A DNA stretch of 64,000 nucleotides from contig NC_027217.1 in assembly GCF_000981445.1 (NCBI RefSeq), forward strand, positions 1,488,001 through 1,552,000, in the 5' to 3' direction. Shown here piece by piece: positions 11,727 through 24,180 of this stretch; the stretch's first letter is position 1; each line of letters begins with the position of its first letter. The position numbers were made by a program, and so were the translations under genes. Under the pieces are notes generated by a model. It saw only the letters and a program-made list of their open reading frames with translations. It searched no databases and was not told the origin of the DNA. The stretch comes from Babesia bigemina (taxonomy: Eukaryota).

Positions 11727-13548
11727 CTAGGCTTTCTCCACGGCAGAGAATGCGTGCTTCATGTTCTCTAAGACGTTACTTGGCACAAGGATGGAATCTC
11801 CCCCGAGGTAGAGATCTGCCTGCATCTTTTCGGCCATGTCGTAGATAGTTCTCATTTCGGAGAAGGTTATTCCACCTACGATGTAAACTATGACGCGGCC
11901 ACCTCTCGGACTTTGCTGTTTATCCGCAGCGTCCGTCTGCACTCTGGGGAACTTATCGTCTTCTAGCGTACCGGAAACCACTCGTCCTATAACATGCATG
12001 ATATCGGGCATGTATCGTGATAGTTCGTACTCTCCTCCTCTGGCGTGCTTTTTGTAATATGTATGTGCGTCGCATTTGTCGTGTAGCCGGTGGGATACCT
12101 TACTCGATGAGGCAGATCGTGGTGAAATAGCTGCCCCCGAAGGTGTTGCCACCGAACCCAAGCCAAGTTCTACAAACTTTTCAACGACAGTTGCGTCAAG
12201 GCTCGAAAGGCGGGCAGTCGTCAGCAGTTCGGCAACATGGGTTTGCGTGACGTTTCGGTAAACAGAAACGTACAACAAGATGAGCCTCATCTTGGTTTCG
12301 TCGTCAATTCCTACATCCTCAAGGAGAGTGTTGAGTTGTTGAAGCGCCTTCGTATGGCTCAGTTTGTTGCCATTACGGTCGACGTTGGTGGCAAGGTCCT
12401 GCTCGAGTTCGCCGACCTTAACGAGATTCTTGGCTTCAAGCTGCTCGAACGAACGTTCTGTCAGCGTAATATGCGCGTAGTACTTTTCCACCAAATACCG
12501 CGTCTTCGGAAGTTCTCTTACAGCTTTCAACACTTCGCGTGTGTTTTTGGCATTGTTCAGTGCGCCGTTGGCTGCTTCACCAGCAAACTTCTCGACCTCC
12601 TCCGATATCACCTCGTTGACCTTTTGAATATGCAGATGTTTGAATCGCGTCCACAGCACGTCCGTCTGACCGGATAACATAACTCCACGATTTTCGCGTT
12701 TCCCAGTGCAGGCTACATAGTCGAACTCCCATACGTCGTCCTTTCTCTGCTCGACCGGATCGCTACAACAGGGTATACGCAAGACGTCGTACACAAATGC
12801 CTGGTACGTGTACTCATGGATGTGCAATGGCACAGGGTCGATGGACCTATCAAGCACAAGCAACACGTCACCCGGCTTACGTGCCACCTCATCAGCTGTA
12901 GCCATTATAAGCTCAGAAGTAGCTTTTGCGACGAGCTGCGGGAGTCCGCTCGCCACTGCCTGATACCTGATTTGCGGCATGCTTCCGAGCACTGAGCATA
13001 GTGACGCCAACCTCGAAGCGATGGATTTTGCGATACTGCCTATGTGGGTTGGGTAGAGGCTCAACAACGTGAATCCCATGTTTCCATGGAAGACACGTTC
13101 CTCGTATGCGATGAAGTTGAGATGTAGCTCTACGCATCCGAGCACTCGGCCTGTGTCTACCTCCTCTGCAATCTTGCGCAGCGCGAGGTCGTCATCTAGG
13201 TGGCAGTTGAACATTAAAAACGCCGACTTGTATTTTTCGGAGCGTGGTTTGAAGTCCTCGAGGAAGTGCTCGACAGATCTCATGTCCTCGCTGAGCAAGT
13301 AGACAGCCACCTTTTTTTTCATCGGCTGCCGCCTCTTAGTGATGAGTTCAACGAGGTCAACGCCTTCATCCAGCAGTTCGCTGACCGTGCAGCACGCCGA
13401 TACTACGCGTAGGCTGTGCTGGTCAACCAACATAACAACACGCCCAAACGGGACGACGACCTGCCGGATCGCCCATAACAGGCCTGCGAATCATGGATTT
13501 CTAGGCATACGGCGACTTACGTTCTTTGGCTGCGGCCTTGAGTGACAT
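11727..13548 (-). CDS. SEC1: Sec1/Munc18 (SM) family syntaxin-binding protein
   Basis: Exon 1 (13548-13521) plus intron 13484-13520 gives MSLKAAAKERLL... in frame. Motifs LDRSIDPVPLHIHEYTYQA, GELEQDLAT, LSRYMP, IVYIVGGITFSEMR. Confidence 0.92.
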
Positions 13549-13989
13549 TTTTATTTGCGATATAACTACATTAAAGTTGTCTCTACGTCACTAGCGGGTG
13601 TACGAAGCGCGCGGCGGATGCAATGTGCAACAACGACTCTAGTGTGCACCTTGCCAAAAACTCAACAGTATCTGCGTATTTTCTTTTATGATCATGACAC
13701 GGCGAACGGCAGCCCGCTTTCTCATGAAATTTTTAGTGACGTGTTCGGGAGAATTTGCTGTACGTCTCCGCGGCTCTGAATCGGCGATCTTCCCATCGGA
13801 GCCTAGATGGCATTGCTTATACCAACCCCGTCGTATATGTGTACGTATTGCACGGTATGCAAGGTTCCTTGGGTCGCTTAAAAAGGGCCGTTGCGGACTA
13901 CAGCATCCCTGATCACATTTAGACACCAGACGGCGCGCGCACGGCACCGCAGACACGCTGTCGCATCATTGCTATACAAACATCTAACA

Positions 13990-16344
13990 TTACACTCGGG
14001 TAAGCATGAGAGAGTCAGTGGGCGGCGTGTTTTGCGTAAACGCGTCCGCCAGCTCCAGAGGGACGCCGCGAATGTTTCTCGCGGGAGGCATGTCATGCAC
14101 AACGTGCAACACCGTCGCAGGGTGGCGTGACGCAGCGAGGTGTTGCATCACATGGGCAGGGCTCTTGTGCGCCTTATCAGCATGTTTAGCCCCGGCGTGT
14201 TCCGCGTGCGACGTACGGTGCTCCAACGTAAGCGGGGGCACGAGTTGCGTATGCGGGAAGCGCACATACCACCCGTCCTCCTTTGAGTTTGCAAATCCGT
14301 AGGCATACTGCATTACCCTGACGAATTTGGGCGCACCCTTTTGGAAGGGATTGCTGCGGAACAGCGCCGTGGCTGCAGGCTTGTTGTGAAGTAACGCACG
14401 TAAGAGCTCCAACATGAACCTTGGCACAGCCGTGGGTTCTGGATGTGCGCCTTGGCTTGCGAAATCATGGATTAAGTTGTCCAGCTCGAAAGTGTATCCG
14501 GGCACCATTAGAGGCATTCGTGTGGTATCTCCTGGTGCGCAAGGCAGCTCGTATTGCTTCCACTTAGTGGCGGCCGTCACAACGGGCTCGTCAGTGCCCT
14601 GTACGACGAGCTCATACCGCTGGTCGGGGAGCACCCCAAAACCGTCATAGCTGTTAACTATACCGAGGGGCGCCTTTATTCCGGCCACCGCGCTGTTATA
14701 TTTGGCCGAGCGAATGAGCAACGGCATGGCGTAGCAGCATATAACCAGCGCAATCACAGATTGCAGTATGTAGCTGCACATGGTATAGAGCTTGCGCTTG
14801 GTGTGACAGAGTCCCAGTTGCAATTCAGTAACTCCTATCCACAGCCAGAAGCTCCACACGCTGAATCCGGCGGTCATGAATTCCAGCACCAACCACATAT
14901 GCAATGCGAATAGCGTGCCGGCGGCGGTGATGTATATTTCGTGCGTTCCGATGGAGTCGCATTGGACGTGGATGATGAGGGCGAGACAGAATATGAGTAG
15001 CGCCTTTAGGCCCACGTTTGACCTCCCTATTACGATATTCGCTGCTACGATCGCCGTAATGAAGACGATTACGAGCTGTATGATACGTTGCGTGTAAATG
15101 TGCTGTTCCTGCGTCCAGGTCATACCAAATGAATCATTGGAGAATAGCGCGTCCCTTATGTACTTTTTCTTCGCCCTGTAGGTCACGGCGTTGACCAACT
15201 TGGAACCGAAAGTCTCGTTCGCCTCTTGGTCGCTACTCTGCTCTTCAACGTCATCAGACACCTGCTGCAGGGGCGAAACAGGAGCAACTTCGTCACCCTC
15301 ATCATCCTTATACAGCTTCCATATCTTGTGAAAACTGTTTTTCCATAGGGTTTGAAGTGTTGCGTCATCGAAGCAGAATAGCGTGCAGGCTCCCAGCAGC
15401 ATGTAGAAGGTCCCGAAGTTTCCGATGCAATTCATAAAGAGCGCGTAATTAAGCGCGACGCATCCACCAACGACCCTGCAGGCACGCGCGCTCACTAGCA
15501 AAAATATCGAGGCGACGCATTCGACGAACAACAACGCGTTGGTGGCAAAGGCGTTGAGCAGCGGCTGTGCGTCCAACAGATTGAAGAAGAGGTGCGTCAA
15601 AGGGTTAGGGAGGGGCACATCCAGCAGCAAATACTTGAAAGCTGTTCCATCGGCCCAGTGTGCGCTTCCGCGTATTTTGGATAGACCGGAGCAGAACATG
15701 ATGCGGTACACCAGCAAGCGGTATGCCCACCTGCATGCCATGGGCACCTCCCAATGCTTGTCCGGCTTTTCAAGGAGCGAGAACGGCGAGAGCAGGAATA
15801 TGGCGATAAAGCCCGCTTCCAGCAAGAGCAAGTCTGCATTGTGCGTTGGGAGTGTGGACCTAAGGGCGATCAACGCGAGCTTGCAGAACCAGAGCATGAG
15901 ACACAGCGCCACACTTGCCATGCCAGTGACTCCCACGAGCAGGCTGAGTGCCATGCCAACGATGGGAATCACACGGATACAGGTGTCGCATATTGGCAGG
16001 AAAGCTGAAACGTCCGGCAAGAACACCCCCCGTTTACTGCTCGCCAAGTCGGCCATATGCACAACGGCTGGCCACACACCATCCTGTCCGATCAGTCCCA
16101 CATCTTGATTAAAGTGTCCCAGAAAGGATAAGAAATATACACACGCGAGAGCACGTAGAAATATGCCCCTGCAAATGTTGTAGGAGTTCTCCTTGGCACT
16201 CTCCGCTTCTTGCCTCGCGATCAACAAGTCAGCCTGCTGGTCGGCCGGGTACTCGTAGTTACACGCGGTATACGGGCTAACGTCCCCGCTACCTAACGAG
16301 TATACGCGCGGTTCATCAGCAGAGTCTCTTCGCACAAGCGCCAT
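13990..16344 (-). CDS. LMF1: Lipase maturation factor family polytopic ER protein
   Basis: FLRALACVYFLSF..QDVGLIGQDGVWPA, LLLEAGF, RIMFCSGLSKIRG, PLPNPL, IVNSYDGFG, RYELVVQGT...WKQYELPCAPG. A short extra 3' exon is possible. Confidence 0.88.
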   Translation of the reverse strand: MALVRRDSADEPRVYSLGSGDVSPYTACNYEYPADQQADLLIARQEAESAKENSYNICRGIFLRALACVYFLSFLGHFNQDVGLIGQDGVWPAVVHMADLASSKRGVFLPDVSAFLPICDTCIRVIPIVGMALSLLVGVTGMASVALCLMLWFCKLALIALRSTLPTHNADLLLLEAGFIAIFLLSPFSLLEKPDKHWEVPMACRWAYRLLVYRIMFCSGLSKIRGSAHWADGTAFKYLLLDVPLPNPLTHLFFNLLDAQPLLNAFATNALLFVECVASIFLLVSARACRVVGGCVALNYALFMNCIGNFGTFYMLLGACTLFCFDDATLQTLWKNSFHKIWKLYKDDEGDEVAPVSPLQQVSDDVEEQSSDQEANETFGSKLVNAVTYRAKKKYIRDALFSNDSFGMTWTQEQHIYTQRIIQLVIVFITAIVAANIVIGRSNVGLKALLIFCLALIIHVQCDSIGTHEIYITAAGTLFALHMWLVLEFMTAGFSVWSFWLWIGVTELQLGLCHTKRKLYTMCSYILQSVIALVICCYAMPLLIRSAKYNSAVAGIKAPLGIVNSYDGFGVLPDQRYELVVQGTDEPVVTAATKWKQYELPCAPGDTTRMPLMVPGYTFELDNLIHDFASQGAHPEPTAVPRFMLELLRALLHNKPAATALFRSNPFQKGAPKFVRVMQYAYGFANSKEDGWYVRFPHTQLVPPLTLEHRTSHAEHAGAKHADKAHKSPAHVMQHLAASRHPATVLHVVHDMPPARNIRGVPLELADAFTQNTPPTDSLMLTRV

Positions 16345-16669
16345 CTTGCCGTGTCTATCGGCCTGCGCGTCCGACGCGCCGGCGATTGAGGTGCGCTGCG
16401 AGCAGTATAACTGCTTTCTACGACAGCCTAGGTTATTTGAACGATTTACTGCGGCAACAGTGCTTAAGCCGCTGTGTCTTAATGGTGTTTTGCTTAGGTG
16501 TGTTTTTTGTGCAGCGCTGTGCAGCTCCGAGGCCCCGTGAGTTGAGCTAGGTACCAGCGACCCGGCCAGCGCACATCGACGCGTCTTCGCGGCGGCAAAT
16601 CCTCCGCGAGGTGTGCGTGCAAGGTTATAGAAGGCTACGGCGCTTGTAGGCCGCGTTCATTGCATTTAA

Positions 16670-18580
<1,911 letters not shown>

Positions 18581-18774
18581 TAATGGAAGTATTATGAACC
18601 AAACCTTATATGTAGTAATTTGACCTAAATATTAATGTACGTGCACTGTAACTCGGCTGTCGGTTTCGGTGTGGCGGCGCCGGTTTGTCTAACGTCGCTT
18701 TAGCCGGAGCCCCCCTGCGGGCGGTTTTGCATTGATGTGTACGCCGCCAGCAGCCGCTTATGCACAGCTTATAA

Positions 18775-21138
18775 ATGGACGGTTCCACGCGCAAGCTAGG
18801 GGCAAAACGGCGCCTCTGCGGTGGTGACGTGGCGGCGGCGCCAACGTCGGCGAAGCGGCCGGCAACGGCGCCTCCCGCTGCCGCCAGCGGCAACCAGCAG
18901 GAGCTGCTATCATTGTTCACGGACTGTATGAGCGCCCTTTCCACCAACAAGATATGCAGTCGCAACGCGTTCGAAATCGGCTTCATCGACCACATGACCG
19001 ACCTGGTGCACTTGGACGGTGGCTCCGACGACGAGGAGAGCATACCAGAGATTCCGTCGGGCGACGCTGGCTCTGCTGCAAGCCGTAGGTTGAACTTTAC
19101 GCGCGCTTCGAAGGTTGTGGAGAGTGCCAGCAAGATTTACGGCTACCGCATCGAGGCCATTTACGACCAGACCTTCAACGTGCTTATGAGCATGAACAGC
19201 GCCAACCAATCTGAGGGAGGCGGCTCTTTTCCGACGGCTGAAAAGCCACGCAGCCGCGCTCGTGCCAAAGTGGACTACACGTCAGGCTCACGCACCCTGG
19301 CACCGGAGGCGGAGGTCACTCTGTCGGAGATACCAGTCGATAACGTTGTTCTCGACCCGTACTTCCTTAAGATATCGTCAATGTTCGACCAGAGCGGCGC
19401 GCAGGGGTTGCTTCTGACAAATTTACAGGTGACGGACGACCTGTCCCTGGACCTCGACGGTGATAGCGTTGTGTTCTCAGCCCCCAATTCCATGCACGCG
19501 GAGACCGGCGCTGCCTATTTATCGTCCGATTCCCTTCGCGAAGTGGCTCTGAGGGGCGTTACTGACTTGTCCAAGCTGGAAATTTTACCTGAGGCGTCAT
19601 ACTTCCGTAACCAACTACAACGCCTTCAGGACCTGAAACGCAGGAGGCAAGGTGGCGCCGCTGATGACCTGGACGCGTGTGTAGAACCGCCGCCGGAGGC
19701 AGAATCACTAATGGATCTACCCGATGCAGGGTATGCGATCGATATGTACGACGACGATTATGCTTGTGATCTGGCGCTGACCCAACCGGATGCTGGCATG
19801 GAAGAACCGTCGTACGGATTCCTGGACCCAGGCTCCGACGGCTACTTGGGCGCTGGATTCGCCACCGTTTCTATGAATTCTGACGGCGCAACTGTCGCGT
19901 CAATAGCGAATTCAAACTCTTCACATGCGTCCATTGCTTCGTCGGTGACGCTGCCGCAACGGTTAATCCAAGCCCTAGGTGGCACTACAATGAGCATTAA
20001 ACAGCGTCTGGCTGAGATAGATTTGTTTGGAGGGTCCCAATTCTCCTATTACATGCCAAACATTAAAATGACCACTGCGGGCAACGAGAGGACCGCTGCT
20101 GGTCCCGACGGAGCCGTCGCCGGCAGGAAGACGGACAAGTCGGTAAAATACAGGGTTTCCGACTACAAAGACATACTGGCTTTCATGCGAGCGCGCTCCG
20201 CAGCCGAGGAATATGACAGCATCGAACGCATAAACGGGCTGCTGCAGGCCAGGACGCCTCTAAGGCCGCACGGCATCTTTACGGCGCCTGACTACACGGC
20301 TTCCATCTTCAAGTTCAGCGACGCGTTTCTAACACGACTGTGTACATTAGGAAATCGTATTCTGAGGCTGGCGAACGACAATGACTGGCGTACGCTGCAG
20401 GCGGAGAATCAGGCACCGCCTGTGCTGCACATCCACTACACGAGGGACCACGAGGCGCCGTTCAGCTTTATGCGCATAGGGGAGAACTTTTCGTGGAAAG
20501 AGGATGAGGAGGTGGGATTCTCGCGTGATGAGGATGCGTGGTTTGCCTACCAGGACGTGGTAGAGGGCAGCGCTTCCGAGTTTGGCCTGGACGAGATGGA
20601 CAGCGACGCTATGCACGTGTCGGCAAGTCAAGACCACTCCATGCAAATTTCCATAGACGACATGTATGAGGACGACACATTTGATGTGGATTTGCCACGA
20701 AGTCAGCCTGTCGATGTTGGGTCAACACTGGAACCAGCGCCCGAAGCAACTCACGGCGCTCTAGTGCCGGCACCTGTGGCGGCTTATGTGGACATTTTCA
20801 AAATCAAGAAGACGCTGTGCAGCGTGGTGTTACCTCCGCCGGATTTCCAAGAGGCTCTTGAGAAAGGAAGCTCACATGGCAGCGCCAGCGCTTCTGCAGA
20901 GCCCCGGAAGGAGACCAGTTGCATGTTCCAGCGGGCCATAAACGAAACGCTGGACCGCTTACAGAGCTCGGACGTAGCAGCGCTTAGCAGCCACATCATG
21001 TTCGTATGTCTGCTGCACGTTTGCAACGAGCAGAATTTACTTTTGCGGCAGGGAGCTGCGTTGGAGGATTTTCAAATCTGCGTCGACGCGCCCAAGGAGC
21101 ACCACCTGGGCAACTTTTCGAGCACGTTGTCCACTTGA
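18775..21138 (+). CDS. NCAPH: Condensin I kleisin subunit (CAP-H/Brn1/Cnd2)
   Basis: NKICSRNAFEIGFIDHM, NFTRASKVVESASKIYGYRIEAIY, LDPYFLKISSMFDQSGAQGLLL, and C-terminal FVCLLHVCNEQNL. Confidence 0.92.
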   Translation: MDGSTRKLGAKRRLCGGDVAAAPTSAKRPATAPPAAASGNQQELLSLFTDCMSALSTNKICSRNAFEIGFIDHMTDLVHLDGGSDDEESIPEIPSGDAGSAASRRLNFTRASKVVESASKIYGYRIEAIYDQTFNVLMSMNSANQSEGGGSFPTAEKPRSRARAKVDYTSGSRTLAPEAEVTLSEIPVDNVVLDPYFLKISSMFDQSGAQGLLLTNLQVTDDLSLDLDGDSVVFSAPNSMHAETGAAYLSSDSLREVALRGVTDLSKLEILPEASYFRNQLQRLQDLKRRRQGGAADDLDACVEPPPEAESLMDLPDAGYAIDMYDDDYACDLALTQPDAGMEEPSYGFLDPGSDGYLGAGFATVSMNSDGATVASIANSNSSHASIASSVTLPQRLIQALGGTTMSIKQRLAEIDLFGGSQFSYYMPNIKMTTAGNERTAAGPDGAVAGRKTDKSVKYRVSDYKDILAFMRARSAAEEYDSIERINGLLQARTPLRPHGIFTAPDYTASIFKFSDAFLTRLCTLGNRILRLANDNDWRTLQAENQAPPVLHIHYTRDHEAPFSFMRIGENFSWKEDEEVGFSRDEDAWFAYQDVVEGSASEFGLDEMDSDAMHVSASQDHSMQISIDDMYEDDTFDVDLPRSQPVDVGSTLEPAPEATHGALVPAPVAAYVDIFKIKKTLCSVVLPPPDFQEALEKGSSHGSASASAEPRKETSCMFQRAINETLDRLQSSDVAALSSHIMFVCLLHVCNEQNLLLRQGAALEDFQICVDAPKEHHLGNFSSTLST

Positions 21139-21146
21139 ACTGTGCA

Positions 21147-21646
21147 ATGTTCCTAATACTGTCGCTATATCTTCTGTTATCCGTGGTACAAGCGAGCGTA
21201 AGGCCGAGATCGGCCGTCTTCGGCGCGCTTCAGACGCCGCCACCGCCGAGCGGCAGCGCCACCTTCCAGGTTTGCCATTTTGGATGTTTAACACTAATAC
21301 GCCGCTCAGTTCGTGGGTGTGTACGATCCTGATTCCGGTGTGCACTGGAGAGCTCGGCGTAGGCCGATAACCGAGGGCGCGTCGCTGTGGCTGCGCGGCG
21401 TTGCGGACGCTGTGCGTTTTCAAGACTCTAGGCCGCTGCGCGACGACTGCCCATCCAGATTCCTGTATAGACTCTTCATCCTTGACAAGTTGGTGAGTTG
21501 TATGTTTGCCACTGCGTTAAAAAGCGCTGCAGAATGCCATTAAGAACGCAGCTAAGCGAGGGCTGGTAACGCTATCCGTCGACGGTAACACGCTCACCGT
21601 TACCCGCACTGGGTTTCTGCGAAAGATCGCCACCAATCGCTATTAA
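21147..21646 (+). CDS. Hypothetical 139-aa signal-peptide protein (3 exons), possibly apicoplast-targeted
   Basis: Exons 21147-21269, 21310-21492 and 21533-21646 with two 40-nt GT-AG introns give a stop-free frame MFLILSLYLLLSVVQASVRPRS...GFLRKIATNRY*. Confidence 0.7.
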
Positions 21647-22326
21647 TTTTTTATGTGTCTTTTCAGCTGTATGATGTGATTCGGCGAGGCGTCAAGAGCG
21701 ATGTTGTTTTTTAGATGTTGTGTAATAGGCCACTGTATACATCTGGCACTTATTACGGACACCGTGTTGACATTACATTGCTGCCTTGCTAAACAACTCT
21801 GCGTAGAATGATCTATTAGTAGGGTGGAGAGTGGGAGTAAGTAACGTAACAGCGGAACTCATTTTGCATGGTACTTGCAGTTTGCTGATATCCAAAATTA
21901 ATAATATTATCATCCTGATCCATGAGTTACGTCGTATTTAAATTTGTGTGGTGCGCTGATGGGCTATGTGTGATGTGGGCGGTGGTGGCTCATCCACCAC
22001 AGCAGGCGTGAAGGAGTGTCAAGCGCTCTATACGTACAGTGGGTATCCACACAATGCTTGTCGGGTACACGGGCATATAATCGTGTGATGTTGAAAGTAA
22101 CCCGGTTATTGTCGTCCCCAATACGATTAAAAACATGCCAAGAAATGTGTTTGACCTCATTCGACAGCTCCAGTATTGTACATGAAGATTGCAGCTTACA
22201 ACGATGGCTGTAGCTACTTTTGATCAACCACATGTGTCGTGTTGATGCGTATTTCAGCGCACTGGTGACCTGAATTCATAATAACTGTTCATCGGGATGG
22301 TTGCACAGTGCAGCTGCTTTGCCTAC

Positions 22327-23087
22327 TCAGTAGAACGCCCAGAATGCTGCGAGCTCGCGGATCGAAATCAATACATGTAGATTTACACTTTCCAATGCTT
22401 TGAGGACATCTGGACCACTCATGCTAGAGCGGCACCCGGGCTCTCCGTAACCGACGGCCTTAATCACATCCGCCAAATGCTCCCTCACCTTATCATCTGG
22501 CTTTTCCAGGTTGTATACCTGCTTGCATCTTGCAAAGAACGTATTCCCAAGTACAACATTGGCGCGATTCCCACGAGAACCAAAGCACAAGCTTCCGGGT
22601 CTTTGGTGCATGACGCATCCCACGTAGCTTTCGAACTGTATGCAGACTCGTACTGCTCAGGGATTTTTATGTGATTCAGAAACGCCTCACATCCATCCAC
22701 AACAGTGGCCAGGTCAGTTGCGATGTCTTCGTGCGTGTCACCCCTTGTCTTTACGACGTTCTTATAATCACTGTCGATGTAAAATCCTGCAGATCTGGCG
22801 AAGCTGTCAAGCTCTCTATCCATAGGCACCTCATAGCGTTTTAGCAGCTTTTTTGCGAATCGCAGGTTCCTAATCTCCGGCTGCGCCACGAACTCCTTAG
22901 AAACAAGTTTAACTTTTTCGAGAGCGGGCACCTCCGTCTTGCCAACAGGCTTGTCTAAGAGGAAGTCGTAAATTAGGGCGCCCATAGCACCCAAGTTGTT
23001 GTCAGGGTCAGTTCCTCTCAGGGCGATCAACCAGTCGATGCCCTCCTTGAGGTTGCGAGGAACGTCGGTCAACGAATTGTACACCAT
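22327..23087 (-). pseudogene. Short ves-like gene with a single frameshift (pseudogene or assembly indel)
   Basis: MVYNSLTDVPRNLKEGIDWLIAL. Homology to 9583-10581 continues in another frame (VIKAVGYGEPGCRSSMSGPDVLKAL...FWAFY*) after about 22502-22530. Confidence 0.8.
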
Positions 23088-24180
23088 TTTATATTAAATC
23101 GTTAAACTATGCGAGTGGTAGATGTTTATGTATTTTGTGTCTAGCGGCAAGACGGTGTGCAAACAGCTGTGTCCTAGTGGTGGAACTCAATAACGGTGTT
23201 GTTGCCTTCTAACACACACGCGGCTTAGCGAGCCATACAAACCCGTGTTAACACCAAAAGGTGGACTTAGGAGCGTGACTCCGACCAAGATGCAATAAAG
23301 CAGCCATGTCTACCCAATGAACGTAACATGCAGTCCGCGCAAGGCGAGTCATTATCTATCTATTTTCAGGCAGTGATAGCACATATTGTAGCTGAATATT
23401 CCCGCGCCATTTGAGGGAAGCGTATAATGTCAGGAATTAACAATGGGACGCGGATAGTATGTTACGATGTGCGCAGTCCCGTGTTATTACCGCGGCGTCG
23501 TGTCACAGCATCTCTTCAAATCGAATACAAAGGCCTCCACATTCCCTTAGATACTTATTAAAACGCAAACGTGCCAGACAGTTGCCAAATAAATATATCA
23601 CCATCCCACGTAGGATGGCACTTCCGATGCCCTGACGCAGAAGGCCGGTTACCTGCCTCTGCGATCCATTTGTAACATGGTATTACTCCGGTGACCAACT
23701 CAACTGGCATGTTGAGAAGCAACTAGTTGACGAGTTGTGTACATCATCGGTTTGCTTGCTACTTTGGTCGAACAGACTTCGTTGTTGTAGGTGCGCCGCC
23801 CTGGCAAATCAATACGCCTTCGTGTAGTATGTAATCCTAAGGTAACTCGTATGCACCATAACGTTGCCCACCGCAACCTACCAAATCACAATGCGACTGT
23901 CATGATTATCACGTGGTGTGAAGTAACGCAGCAGGTCCTTCGTCGAAGTGGCTGATATTAAAGTGGCGTTAGGCCCCCTGTCAGAGATTTTAAAACTCAC
24001 CTGGGCAGGCAACGCTGAGTAGAAAGCCTGTAGCTATAGTGTGGCCTTAGAACCGGCGAACAACGACCAAAACCGTACGCGGCCACGTACAAAACAACAG
24101 GTTAATAGAAACCGGCAGTGGTCATTATTTACACATCATTATTGAGTATGAGTGATGCGCTACATTAATAGCATGTTGTT

